Assembly (NCBI GenBank): GCA_965219955.1
Contig: OZ244799.1
Span: forward strand, 288,001 to 352,000
Source of the DNA: a bacterium
GTDB taxonomy: Bacteria; UBA8248
Reading direction: 5' to 3'
DNA length: 64,000 bases
Part shown: piece by piece, positions 17,557 to 26,953 of the stretch
Layout: every line of letters begins with the position of its first letter
How positions within the stretch are numbered: position 1 is the first letter of the stretch
The notes under the pieces: generated by a model
The model's input: the letters and a program-made list of their open reading frames with translations, nothing else
Told to the model about the DNA's origin: nothing
The model's database searches: none
Position numbers and translations under genes: made by a program

Positions 17557-18498
17557 CTAAATCAGAACGACGCTTTGGAAGAGATAGTCGCCGATGTTCA
17601 GGATGGTCGAGCCCGCCACGCGAAAGACGAACGTGGAGTGAACCTCGGCGAGCGCGCCCGTGTATATTTGCGTTTTCGCAATCGCGAAGTTGTCTTTCTC
17701 GCTGTTCGACAGGCGGATGATTTCGACTTCCGGATAGGCCTGCCCCGTTCCGCCGAACAGTTCGAGATTCATATCCAGACCCAACAGACCCGCGATGCTC
17801 GTCGAATTCACCCATCCCTGTCCGCCGGCTTCCTGGCGGATGACGTCGTGGCCCGGCCACGTCAGGATTTCGTGCGTCGCGACGGAGGTCCAGTTGGTGG
17901 ACAGGGTGGTGGCGAGCGTCCCTTTGGATTGGGCGGCGTATTCCGCCTTGTTCCAGAAACTTCTGACATACACGTCGTTCGCCAGAACGAACTGGGACGA
18001 GCCGTCCGTTCTCGCGACCCCGGCGAGGGTGCGGCTGTTGTCATCCGTTTTGTGCGCCAGCCCCGTGGCGGCGTCGAACGCCCAGCTTCCCGTACTGTCG
18101 AATTCGAGTTTGAGCGAGCCCCCGTCATCGTAGACGAAGACGGCATAGGAACTGTCCGCTGTGAGGCCTGCGTTCGTTAGCGTGATTCCCTCCCAGGGCA
18201 AATCCTCGTAATAGACGTCTCCCGACGCATCATCGATGAAGGGCACATGGCAGCCCGCCACGGGGTTGGCGACGGCAGGATAGTAGGAGGAGTTGAGTGC
18301 CGGCTTGAACGCCAGGGTGGTGGCGTTCACATAGTCGAGCCTGCCTGCGCATTCGACAGGTTGCCTGTTGGCCCTGATTTTTCCGTCCGGGAACAGGGCG
18401 GCGAGGGCCAGGCGGTCGATGACGCGGGCTTTCGTGGGGTGGTGGCCGCCGATGGCTTCCTCGGTATAGCGGGCGGACAGATCAGCGCCGATGGGCAT
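17557..18498 (-). CDS. Putative tail fibre / receptor-binding protein
   Basis: Start revised to MPIGADLS after AAGGAG; N-terminal YTEEAIGGHHPTKA segment and beta-rich YAVFVYDDGGSLKLE...SRTLAGVARTD region resemble phage fibre proteins. Confidence 0.62.
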   Translation of the reverse strand: MPIGADLSARYTEEAIGGHHPTKARVIDRLALAALFPDGKIRANRQPVECAGRLDYVNATTLAFKPALNSSYYPAVANPVAGCHVPFIDDASGDVYYEDLPWEGITLTNAGLTADSSYAVFVYDDGGSLKLEFDSTGSWAFDAATGLAHKTDDNSRTLAGVARTDGSSQFVLANDVYVRSFWNKAEYAAQSKGTLATTLSTNWTSVATHEILTWPGHDVIRQEAGGQGWVNSTSIAGLLGLDMNLELFGGTGQAYPEVEIIRLSNSEKDNFAIAKTQIYTGALAEVHSTFVFRVAGSTILNIGDYLFQSVVLI

Positions 18499-18509
18499 GG
18501 TTTTCTCCT

Positions 18510-19721
18510 TTATGCGTAAGTGGCGGCGTCGCGCTCGGCGCCCAGGAGCCAATCGCCTTCAAGTATTTTGGCGCCATCCAGAAGAGGGGAGGACGTCAGG
18601 AAAAAGCCGGTATCCCGAATTTTGAGTTCCATGCCCTGTTCGCCCAGGTCGTAATTCACCTCGATAACCTCCCCGATTTGATTCACGAGGGGTTCGAGTT
18701 TCTTCGAGCGCATCCAGGGCACGCTGAACGCCACGTAGTCGTCCGGTTCGACTTCGAGCGCTCTCAGGGAGCCGTCCTCGATGGTGAGCATGCGGGTGGG
18801 TTCGTGATAGCGCCCCACGATGCGCGATTGAACGGTGGCGGCCACGCTCTCGCGCCGGATCCATTCGAGCCTGAGCGGGCTTTCAGGAGGTCTCCTGACG
18901 CCATAGAGCCTTTGGGAGGACCTGTTCTGGGTAGCGCTTCCATCGTCGTGTCTGATGTAACGCGCGCCTGGATAATTCCTCGCATAGAGCGCCGGAACCT
19001 GGTTGATCACGGTGTCGCGCGCTATCTCCGCTTCGATGTGCGATTGGCCGAAGCGGGGCAATACCTTTTGTGGCGAGTTCATGAAAGATTCTCCTCCGGC
19101 GATGTGAATTTTCAGGCGACCGAACGGGTCGATTTCGTATCGTCCGAGGAAATCGCCCAAAAGCGCGGTGAGAACGTCGGCGGGCGCATGGTCGTCCATG
19201 ATGATTCCACCCGCCCGGTAGCCGAGCGCCTTTGCGCTGGTTGCCGCGCGCGCGAGGGCCTGCATGTCGATATCCTGCTCACTGAATCCCCAGACGCCCG
19301 CCATGAGGTCATGAACGATCTCGGCGGGGTTTTCGATGAGCCCGCCCGCTGCGGTTTTCCTGCCCTTGCATACGGCCGTCACTCGCCCTTTTGGCGGGGT
19401 GGTGAAAGCGGCTGTGGCGATGACGCCACGGCCCTGATAGTTCTGGGCGAGCTCCAGCGTGTAGTTTTCCGACTCGATGCGGCCATCGTCGTCGAAAAGT
19501 ACGACGCCGCCCCATATCTCGTGCCCGGCCACGCAGTAGACGCCGTCACCTGCGGTGTCGATTTTAGGCGGCGCGTAAACGCCTGTTTTCTCACGCGAAG
19601 GAACCGTCAAATCCCCGTAGATGATGGGGAGGCTCTGGTCTTCGAATTCAGGGGCGGCGTACTTCGAAGCGCGGCCTATCTGAAACGAATCCGAAAGCCT
19701 GTCCGTCGTCGGGTCGGCCAT
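18510..19721 (-). CDS. Putative tail-tip / baseplate hub protein
   Basis: LPIIYGDL, VCKG...IENPAEIVHDL, SQRLYG, LEVEPDD and C-terminal LLDGAKILEGDWLLG, a pattern typical of long-tail tip/hub proteins. Confidence 0.68.
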   Translation of the reverse strand: MADPTTDRLSDSFQIGRASKYAAPEFEDQSLPIIYGDLTVPSREKTGVYAPPKIDTAGDGVYCVAGHEIWGGVVLFDDDGRIESENYTLELAQNYQGRGVIATAAFTTPPKGRVTAVCKGRKTAAGGLIENPAEIVHDLMAGVWGFSEQDIDMQALARAATSAKALGYRAGGIIMDDHAPADVLTALLGDFLGRYEIDPFGRLKIHIAGGESFMNSPQKVLPRFGQSHIEAEIARDTVINQVPALYARNYPGARYIRHDDGSATQNRSSQRLYGVRRPPESPLRLEWIRRESVAATVQSRIVGRYHEPTRMLTIEDGSLRALEVEPDDYVAFSVPWMRSKKLEPLVNQIGEVIEVNYDLGEQGMELKIRDTGFFLTSSPLLDGAKILEGDWLLGAERDAATYA

Positions 19722-20255
19722 CTAGTTTCCCTCGCATTCAATCGTGACCGATTCGATGCGCTCGATGATCCGGCGGATGGTGAAGCTCGCGATCGAGAGA
19801 ACGTCGGATATGTTTTGTCCCGAAAACCCGACGCGCACGTCGACTCGCCCGCCCACGAACGGCTCCGTCGCGAGCATACGGCTCATACGCGGGTGGCCGT
19901 CCATGTCGGGAGCGTTGTTGACGGCTATCGTAAGGCCCGAGAGTTCTTTTTCTCTGAATGCCTCGAGAATGGAGGGGCCCTGAAACGCGCCGAGAGAGAA
20001 GCGGCCGCCGTCCTCTATCCAGTCATGGACGCCGAGGAGCACTTCCGCTCCCTCTCCCAGCAGGAGCGAGCCGTCGAGAATCCGCGACCCGTCGAGGAAA
20101 TGTATTCTTCCGCCTTGCCCGATCAGGGAGTCGGGCGCCTGCTTGCCGCAGAACACGCGCTTCCCACCGGCGGTGGAGAGGTGATAGAGGACGTGCGCGG
20201 TTTTCCCTTCGTGTCCGGCGATATCCTTGATCGCCTGGTCCGTAGCGCGCTTCAT
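19722..20255 (-). CDS. Phage tail-tip region hypothetical protein
   Basis: FLDGSRILDGSLLLG repeat motif shared with the next gene; ATGA-coupled to the upstream gene. Confidence 0.6.
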   Translation of the reverse strand: MKRATDQAIKDIAGHEGKTAHVLYHLSTAGGKRVFCGKQAPDSLIGQGGRIHFLDGSRILDGSLLLGEGAEVLLGVHDWIEDGGRFSLGAFQGPSILEAFREKELSGLTIAVNNAPDMDGHPRMSRMLATEPFVGGRVDVRVGFSGQNISDVLSIASFTIRRIIERIESVTIECEGN

Positions 20256-21331
20256 GCGAGTCTTTCCCTGAGCACGAGTTCGAAGGAGAAATCATCCGGC
20301 CCCGTCTGGCGAGGCAGGAAACCGCCCGTGAAATGGGCGAGTATTATCGAGGCGGGGTCATCCACATCCACATGAGCGAAGAACGGTTTGGCCCGCCGTG
20401 TTTCGACGTTCTTCACAGCGCGGTACATGGTGAGAAATTCCCTGCGCTGCTCATCCGATATGCGCTCATAGGGAAGGGTGACCGCGCGGCCTCGGTTCAG
20501 GAGCACCGGATGCTCCGCCATGTTTTCCGTGCGTCCCGCCTCCTCGAAGGATTCTTCTCCCACCACGTTTCCGAACCAGAAGTGATCGGCGGGCTCGAAA
20601 TAACCGCCCAAATACATTTCCGAGATTTCCAGATACGCATCCAGATTGGCGGCGGCGCCTTCGGCCAGAAGACGCCAGTGGCGATACGAGCGTGGCGTCG
20701 TGGCGAGATAGTGGATGAGCGTACCATTGCGCCAGGCGAGTTTTTCGTCGAGTGCGGGCGCGCGCCAGTCTGCAGACCTGTTCGCCTGAATCCGGAGGCT
20801 TGTTCCGGGTGAAAAATTGTGGAGGTGGGCGATGAATACGTCGGGAGATTTTTCCGCGCCGAAATCGAAGGCGAGCGACCACGGGTCTTCGGGCGGAGAG
20901 TTGCTCCTCAACCGCGTGGCGGGGTCGAGGTCATACAGTCTTTTCGGCGAGTAAAAGCGATTCGCCGTCGCCTGCCAATGATCGCCCAGGGCGAAAGCGG
21001 GGGAATCCGCGCCACCTGCGAAGCGGACCTTCACGCCTGAATCCAGGGCGATATCCGTCAGGGAAGTGGGGATGTTCGAGGCTTCCCAACCGCCCGCGGG
21101 TGTCGACGTCTTGCGCCACTTGAAGCGAGCGCTTCCCACATCACCCGGGGCGTCAATTTCCACGGAATAGACTTCCGGGTCTTCTCCGGCGTAGGCGCCC
21201 GAGAAGATCATCGAGCCGCCCGCGCTGGTGACCCGGGGAACGCCCGCGCCGACGAATCCCTTCTCCACGGAAGTGGCGGCGATGGCCGTCTCATCATCGA
21301 TGAGATTTTGATACATGAAGCGATGTCCCAT
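20252..21331 (-). CDS. Putative distal tail protein with a discoidin/galactose-binding-like insertion
   Basis: Start revised to MGHRFMYQNLI after AGGAG (track start 21397); SYRHWRLL...YLEISEMYLG motif; C-terminal FSFELVLRE beta strand typical of Dit-like proteins. Confidence 0.62.
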   Translation of the reverse strand: MGHRFMYQNLIDDETAIAATSVEKGFVGAGVPRVTSAGGSMIFSGAYAGEDPEVYSVEIDAPGDVGSARFKWRKTSTPAGGWEASNIPTSLTDIALDSGVKVRFAGGADSPAFALGDHWQATANRFYSPKRLYDLDPATRLRSNSPPEDPWSLAFDFGAEKSPDVFIAHLHNFSPGTSLRIQANRSADWRAPALDEKLAWRNGTLIHYLATTPRSYRHWRLLAEGAAANLDAYLEISEMYLGGYFEPADHFWFGNVVGEESFEEAGRTENMAEHPVLLNRGRAVTLPYERISDEQRREFLTMYRAVKNVETRRAKPFFAHVDVDDPASIILAHFTGGFLPRQTGPDDFSFELVLRERLA

Positions 21332-21426
21332 TCCGCTCTCCTGGATGAGGGCTTCCATATCGGGAGAAGCGTTCCTCCCGCCGTACTTTGGCATCACTCC
21401 GGCGCGAGAGGATGCCGATGTCGTGG

Positions 21427-21479
21427 ACTATATGGAAATCGGGGAGGTGCGCTCGCCTCGCAAATGCGGGCAAATGCGT
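21427..21479 (-). promoter_or_regulatory. Putative activator-dependent promoter of the tail operon
   Basis: TATAGT -10 on the minus strand (21427-21432), no good -35, and tandem GCAAATGCGG/GCAAATGCGT at 21460-21479 just upstream. Confidence 0.35.
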
Positions 21480-21584
21480 GGAGGAGACGTGATTTGGAAA
21501 GAGATGGGAGTATCCTTGAAAGAAGATGAGCCATGAGTTGCCGGGTCTGTTCATGTTCACGGAGAGGGGCAGGAAAATGAAAAT

Positions 21585-21612
21585 TTGAGAAATCGAGAAA
21601 ATCTGCTATACT
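21585..21612 (+). promoter_or_regulatory. Sigma70-like promoter for the M23 peptidase gene
   Basis: TTGAGA-N16-TATACT with extended TGn. Confidence 0.5.
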
Positions 21613-21693
21613 TGATAGTTCAACAGCAAGATGAAGTTTTTTGTTGTACCTACCGGTTTTATGTAGTGTCCGCCCGACGCTTCGAAAGGGATC

Positions 21694-23178
21694 GTGATGC
21701 GCAGGTTAACAGCGCGTCTCGTCGAGCTAGTTGGCTCCACACGAAAATCCGAGAGCAGCTTTGCGAAGTTCTGGGTAGTTGGCGTGCTCTTGGCGGTGGG
21801 CATCAGCGTCTTCCTGAACGTCCGCTCCGAGATGCCTCCCCCACCCGATTCGTCGGAAAAATCCGCTCCGAGCCCTATTGCGCGTAAAGCCGAAGAAGCG
21901 CGCAAAAATACGACACAACGCGAGTTCACCCAGGCATCTCAGAATCAGATTCGTCAGAAGCCCAGAGAAAATGTTTTGAAGAAAGCCGCCGGGGATCAGC
22001 AAATCAAGAGTCCGCCGAAAGAGGAAAAACTCACCACGGAAGCGGGTAAATTCTCCAGAGCGGACACCGTCATCGGCGTGTTGATGGCGCATAAAGTGCG
22101 CCGTTCGGAGATTCAGAAAGTCCTGGATAGCGTGCGTGAAAAGCGTATTTTTTCGCGCATTCGGGCGGGTCGCCGGTTTGAAGTGAGAAAAAAAGACGGC
22201 GAATTTCTCGAATTCGTTCTGCAGCTCGACAATGAAAGTCGGCTCAGGATCTCGCGAACGCCGAGCGGGGCGATGAGGGCCACGAAAGAGGCCATCCCCT
22301 ATTCCATCGATGTGGTACGCATTCAATCCCGCATTCAGAGTTCCTTGTATCATGCCATCGCCGATGGCGGCGGCTCTCCCGTACTGGTGAACAAACTCAG
22401 CGATATTTTTGCATTCGTCATTGATTTTCATAAGGATTTACACAGTGGAGACGAGGTGGAGGTCCTGGTCGAGCGGAAGCATATTCAGGATGAATTCGCC
22501 GGCTACGGACGGATTCTGGCGGCTGAGTTCATCGTGAGGAACAGGCGGCACACCGCGGTGTACTTCGAGGGCGGAGGCGGCAGATATTATAATTTCGAAG
22601 GTGAGTCTCTGAAGCGCGCCTTTTTGCGATCTCCGCTTCGCTATACGCGAATCAGTTCGCGCTTCTCGAAGAGGCGCTTTCATCCCGTGCTCAAGCGCTA
22701 CCGTCCCCACTTTGGCGTAGATTACGCCGCGCCCCGGGGGACGCCTGTCCTTGCGGTCGCCGATGGCGTCGTCGCCTGGGCGGGCCGCAAACGCCAAGCC
22801 GGCAAGACGATCGAACTGCGCCATGGCGGCGGTTACCGAACCGCCTATCTCCATCTGTATCGGTATGCGCGCGGGATTCGCGCGGGCAGGCAGGTTCTCC
22901 AGGGTCAAGTCATCGGCTACGTGGGTTCCACGGGTTTGTCCACCGGCCCCCATCTCGATTACCGGATCACTCGCCGTGGACGGTATTTGAACCCCCTGAA
23001 GGCGAAACTCCCCAAAGGAATACCGCTCCCCCGTTCGCTGCGCTCGGCTTTCAAAAAGATTTTGGACGAGCGTCGAACGATGTTTGACAACTTGCCCCTG
23101 CTGAAGGAAGTTCAGGCTTCACCCGCGGCCCACGAGCCGTCATTCGGCGCCGGGGATCAGCAAACATCACGTCTTTGA
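21694..23178 (+). CDS. M23-family peptidoglycan DD-endopeptidase (MepM/Csd3-like)
   Basis: N-terminal TM; FLRSPL, HFGVDYAAPRGTPV, YLHL, GYVGSTGLSTGPHLDY. Confidence 0.92.
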   Translation: MMRRLTARLVELVGSTRKSESSFAKFWVVGVLLAVGISVFLNVRSEMPPPPDSSEKSAPSPIARKAEEARKNTTQREFTQASQNQIRQKPRENVLKKAAGDQQIKSPPKEEKLTTEAGKFSRADTVIGVLMAHKVRRSEIQKVLDSVREKRIFSRIRAGRRFEVRKKDGEFLEFVLQLDNESRLRISRTPSGAMRATKEAIPYSIDVVRIQSRIQSSLYHAIADGGGSPVLVNKLSDIFAFVIDFHKDLHSGDEVEVLVERKHIQDEFAGYGRILAAEFIVRNRRHTAVYFEGGGGRYYNFEGESLKRAFLRSPLRYTRISSRFSKRRFHPVLKRYRPHFGVDYAAPRGTPVLAVADGVVAWAGRKRQAGKTIELRHGGGYRTAYLHLYRYARGIRAGRQVLQGQVIGYVGSTGLSTGPHLDYRITRRGRYLNPLKAKLPKGIPLPRSLRSAFKKILDERRTMFDNLPLLKEVQASPAAHEPSFGAGDQQTSRL

Positions 23179-23208
23179 ACTGAAAACGAAACAAGGGAGA
23201 AGGTGCTC

Positions 23209-23718
23209 ATGTTGATTCCCTTCGAGGGAGTGCTGCCCAAAATTCATGAAACCGCCTGGTTGGCGGAAACCGCCGTCGTCATAGGTGATGTGGAGATCGG
23301 GGAGCACAGCAGCGTTTGGTACAACTGCGTTCTGCGCGGAGACCACATGCCCATCCGCGTGGGCAAGCGCACCAACATACAGGACGGCTCCATCCTGCAT
23401 ATCGAAAGCGGTAAATACGACTGCGTACTGGGCGACGACATTACCGTGGGCCACATGGCCATCGTGCATGGGTGCCATGTGGGAGACGGCGCTGTCATCG
23501 CGATGGGCGCCATCGTGCTCAACAACGTGAAGGTAGGCGAGGGCGCCGTCGTCGGGGCGGGCGCCGTCGTGCCCGAGAACAAGGTGATCGAGCCCGGAAC
23601 ACTCTGGCTGGGCGCGCCTGCGAAGTATGTGCGCGATCTCAACGATGAGGAAATAGAGCGTTTCAAGAGCGCCGCCGTCTCCTACATGAACAACAAAGAA
23701 CGTTTCAGAAATTCATGA
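23209..23718 (+). CDS. Gamma carbonic anhydrase family protein (YrdA/PaaY-like)
   Basis: Hexapeptide repeats, LRGD, NIQDGSILH, VGHMAIVHGC metal ligands. Confidence 0.92.
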   Translation: MLIPFEGVLPKIHETAWLAETAVVIGDVEIGEHSSVWYNCVLRGDHMPIRVGKRTNIQDGSILHIESGKYDCVLGDDITVGHMAIVHGCHVGDGAVIAMGAIVLNNVKVGEGAVVGAGAVVPENKVIEPGTLWLGAPAKYVRDLNDEEIERFKSAAVSYMNNKERFRNS

Positions 23719-23742
23719 CCGCACCGGAACCCCTCTTTTTTC

Positions 23743-24702
23743 ATGTCTGAACATTCCCGCCCCGACGCTTCGGCCCCGCTAGCCGCGGTGGTGGATTTGG
23801 GCACGAACGCAGCCCGCCTGGCGCTCGCTACGATCGATAATGCGGGCAGGCTGGAATCGCATGGCCGCTGGCGTGAACTGATTCGTCTGGGCGAGGGGGT
23901 TCGCGAAACGGGCCTTCTCTCCGAGAAGGCCATGGAGAGAGGACTCGCCTGCCTTGCCCGGTTTGCGCAAATCATTGAAAAACATCGTGTTCACCTCGTC
24001 GACGCCCTGGCGACCAGCGCGCTGCGCGAGGCGCGAAATTCGGATGTATTCATAGCGCGCGCCCTGCAACTGGGGATTGCAATGCGCGTTATTGCACCGG
24101 AGGAAGAAGCGCGCCTGGCGCTGGCGGGCGTTTTCGCCGGCGAGGAGGCCAGACCCGAACGCGCGCTGGTGTTCGACGTAGGCGGGGGAAGTCTCGAGGT
24201 GATGCTTGCTGAGCATGACGAGGTTCGAGAGATGGCGAGTCTTCCCGCCGGCGTGGTGTATCTGACGGAGTGCTATTTGAAGAACATGCCCACGCCTCAT
24301 GAACAGGTCCAGGCTTGCTCGGAGGCGGTGGAGGCGATGTTGGCGGACGTTGATTTCGACGAGGCGGAACTGACGGAAATTCCCTTTATCGGTTGTGGGG
24401 GAATGGTGGCGTTGGCCTGGTTTTTGACAGAAGGCAAACCGCTAGGCGGGGGCGTGAATGGCCTCTCGCTGCCCGCTTCTTTTTTCGAGGAATGGGTCGG
24501 TCGGTTCGCCGGGTTGTCTTATGAAGAAAGAAGCGGGCTGCGTGGTTTCGAAATGGGGCGTGAGGACGTAGCGCTTGCCGGGCTGATTGTCGTGCGCGCG
24601 CTGTTGCGGTGGGGACGAAAGAAGGAATTGGGCGTATCGACCGGCGGTGTTCGCGAGGGAAGGCTTCTGGAATTGTTGAAGTCAAGCGCGCAGAATCGTT
24701 GA
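23743..24702 (+). CDS. Ppx/GppA-family phosphatase
   Basis: VDLGTN, IRLGEG, ATSALREARN, EEEA, DVGGGSLE, GVREG. Confidence 0.9.
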   Translation: MSEHSRPDASAPLAAVVDLGTNAARLALATIDNAGRLESHGRWRELIRLGEGVRETGLLSEKAMERGLACLARFAQIIEKHRVHLVDALATSALREARNSDVFIARALQLGIAMRVIAPEEEARLALAGVFAGEEARPERALVFDVGGGSLEVMLAEHDEVREMASLPAGVVYLTECYLKNMPTPHEQVQACSEAVEAMLADVDFDEAELTEIPFIGCGGMVALAWFLTEGKPLGGGVNGLSLPASFFEEWVGRFAGLSYEERSGLRGFEMGREDVALAGLIVVRALLRWGRKKELGVSTGGVREGRLLELLKSSAQNR

Positions 24703-24774
24703 AATCGATTGTGAGGCGTGTGTTGGTTCGATGAATCGCAGGACGCCCGGATATACCTCCTTGTGCTTTGTTGT

Positions 24775-24803
24775 TTGACACTGCTTCGCCGCCTTTTTAT
24801 ATT
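24775..24803 (+). promoter_or_regulatory. Sigma70 promoter of the yceD-rpmF-plsX-fab operon
   Basis: TTGACA-N17-TATATT. Confidence 0.7.
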
Positions 24804-24893
24804 TCTAAGTTAGGCGTTATGGATAGGAGCCCGATGCGACGCGATGTCGCAAAACGCACCCGTCTTGCGGCGCACATCCTCTGGGGAAACGAT

Positions 24894-25430
24894 ATGGGGA
24901 AAATACTTCAATTTCCTCTCTCCCAAATTCCGGATAATGGCCTGGATGTCGCTCTGGATTTGGAAATGGATGATTTGGAGGAAGTTTGGTTCCGGGCTTC
25001 TGGATTGAAGCTCATCGGCAAGTTGGAAAAAACAGGCTCTGATGAGGTGAGTTTCCAGGGTCGGTTGAGCGGTCGGTTTTTGTTGGAATGCTCTCTAGGC
25101 CTGGCGGAATTCATTCATCCATTCGATGAATCTTTGGCCATCTATTTTTCGCGAATGCCGCAAGATACCGGTTCAGATGATGAAGTTGAACTGAGTGAAG
25201 AAGACCTCGAGGTCGCGTATATCGAAAATGAAACGGTGGATCTAACGACGCCGGTACGCGACCAAATCGGGCTGGCGATTCCCGTTCAGCCCAGATGTCC
25301 TGATAAATGTCTGGGAGAAGCGCCTGAAACTTGCCGGAAACTCGATGAGGGAGAGTCCGTCGGCGTGGGCGCGGAATCGGATCCGCGGTGGGGGCCGCTC
25401 AGTGGTTGGAAACCAGGGGGCTCCACTTGA
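24894..25430 (+). CDS. yceD: DUF177/YceD-family protein
   Basis: Position before rpmF; VDLTTPVRDQIGLAIPVQPRC...C and DPRW motif; start revised to MGKILQF because the track start lies upstream of the promoter. Confidence 0.82.
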   Translation: MGKILQFPLSQIPDNGLDVALDLEMDDLEEVWFRASGLKLIGKLEKTGSDEVSFQGRLSGRFLLECSLGLAEFIHPFDESLAIYFSRMPQDTGSDDEVELSEEDLEVAYIENETVDLTTPVRDQIGLAIPVQPRCPDKCLGEAPETCRKLDEGESVGVGAESDPRWGPLSGWKPGGST

Positions 25431-25573
25431 TTTTTGAATGGTTCGTGTGAGGTGAATCTCAATTTCAAAATATGTGGTAGTATGTGATGTTTCTGTTTTC
25501 GGGTATGACGCCGAGAGGACATCGGCGGGAATTGCTCGTGTTTAACGTATTATTGTGAAAGGAGTGCGGTGCT

Positions 25574-25753
25574 GTGGGGCTTCCCAAACGTCGGCACTCG
25601 CAGACGCGAGGCCGTAAAAGAAGAACACACTACAAGGCGGCGAAACCATCAATTGCGGTTTGCACGAACTGTAATAATCCGGTTTTGCCCCATCGGGTGT
25701 GCAATATCTGCGGGTATTACAAGGGTCAGAAAGTTCTGGAAGTGAAGGAATAA
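25574..25753 (+). CDS. rpmF: 50S ribosomal protein L32 (zinc-ribbon C+ form), 59 aa
   Basis: Hand translation MGLPKRRHSQTRGRKRRTHY...CTNC...PHRVCNICGYYKG; GTG start after AAAGGAG; below the ORF-track cutoff. Confidence 0.95.
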   Translation: MGLPKRRHSQTRGRKRRTHYKAAKPSIAVCTNCNNPVLPHRVCNICGYYKGQKVLEVKE

Positions 25754-25773
25754 TACTGCCACTGGAAGAGACA

Positions 25774-26886
25774 ATGAAGATTGCGATAGATGCCATGGGG
25801 GGAGACAACGCGCCTTCGGCAATCATAGAAGGAGCGGTGGACGCTCACCGGGAAGAGGGTATTGAATCCATCCTGGTGGGCGCGCCGGAGCGAATCGAGG
25901 CGGAACTTGACCGTCTTGGAGCTTCAAGGGATGTTTTTGAGATTCGCTCGGCGAGTCAAGTCATCGATATGGGCGAATCACCCACGAAGTCGGTGAAGAC
26001 CAAGCCGGACTCATCCATGCGCGTCGCGCTTCAGTTGGTCAAGGACGGAGAAGCGCAGGGGGTATTCAGCGCGGGCGACACCGGAGGCGCCTTCGCCACC
26101 GGTCTGGCCGTCTTGCAGCGTATGCCGGGGGTTCAGCGGCCCGCCATTGCCGCTCTGGTCCCCACCCTCAAAGGATTTTCCGTCATGCTGGACGTGGGCG
26201 CGAATCTGAGCCCGCGGGCCCAGCACTTGTTTCAATTCGGCATTATGGGTTCCGTGTATACCCAGGAAGTGTTCAAGAAATCCGCGCCCACGGTGGGGTT
26301 GTTGAACGTGGGTGGAGAAGATTCCAAAGGAACCGAGGTGTTGAAGGCGGTCCATGAGATTTTTGTGAAAAGCGATTTGAATTTTGTGGGCAACGTAGAA
26401 GGGAGCACTATTTTTCAAGGCGGCACCGACGTGGTCGTGTGCGATGGGTTCGTGGGCAACGTGGCTCTGAAGGTAAGCGAGAGTCTCAGTGAAATGCTGA
26501 CGACGCTGCTCAGAGAGGAAATTGTCGGTTCGATGCGCAGCAAAATCGGATATATGTTTTTGCAAAATGGACTGAAATCCATGCGCCAGAGAACCGATTA
26601 TTCCGAATATGGAGCGGCGCCATTGCTGGGCTTGGGCGGAATTTGTACGATTGGACATGGCCGGAGCAACTCGAAGGCCGTGAAAAATGCCATCCGTACG
26701 ACGGCGAATATCGTCAAGGTCGATCTGAATGCCAAGATAGAACAAGAGATTGACAAGCATATCTCCATACAGCGCAGTGGAGATGTGGGATGGCGCTTGT
26801 GGAACCAAATACGAACGGGCATTTTTTACGAGAAGGTAACGGGGGACGAAAAGAAGGGTGACGATGAAGAAAATCAGCCCTCTTGA
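25774..26886 (+). CDS. plsX: Phosphate acyltransferase PlsX
   Basis: MKIAIDAMGGDNAP, SAGDTG, LDVGAN, VVCDGFVGN, GHGRS; start revised. Confidence 0.95.
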   Translation: MKIAIDAMGGDNAPSAIIEGAVDAHREEGIESILVGAPERIEAELDRLGASRDVFEIRSASQVIDMGESPTKSVKTKPDSSMRVALQLVKDGEAQGVFSAGDTGGAFATGLAVLQRMPGVQRPAIAALVPTLKGFSVMLDVGANLSPRAQHLFQFGIMGSVYTQEVFKKSAPTVGLLNVGGEDSKGTEVLKAVHEIFVKSDLNFVGNVEGSTIFQGGTDVVVCDGFVGNVALKVSESLSEMLTTLLREEIVGSMRSKIGYMFLQNGLKSMRQRTDYSEYGAAPLLGLGGICTIGHGRSNSKAVKNAIRTTANIVKVDLNAKIEQEIDKHISIQRSGDVGWRLWNQIRTGIFYEKVTGDEKKGDDEENQPS

Positions 26887-26953
26887 TATCTGACCCGGTT
26901 TTCGACTACGATCATACCCTAGCAGTTATCTCGCCCGTATAGGGAATCATATT

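Noticed and set aside
18510-20255. In-frame TAG|ATG junction suggesting stop readthrough or a split gene
   Set aside because: The downstream gene has its own GAGGGA RBS 6 nt before its ATG, so two separate genes is the simpler reading; no recoding signal seen
14468-20375. Long plus-strand ORFs (413, 280, 307 and 565 aa) opposite the tail operon
   Set aside because: The minus-strand ORFs have RBSs, coupling and phage motifs; the plus-strand ones are shadows
14624-21331. Complete prophage or contractile injection system
   Set aside because: No integrase, terminase, portal, capsid, sheath, baseplate wedge or att pair recognisable
21694-23178. M23 peptidase as endolysin of the tail module
   Set aside because: Divergently transcribed with its own promoter, and has the membrane-anchored MepM-like housekeeping architecture
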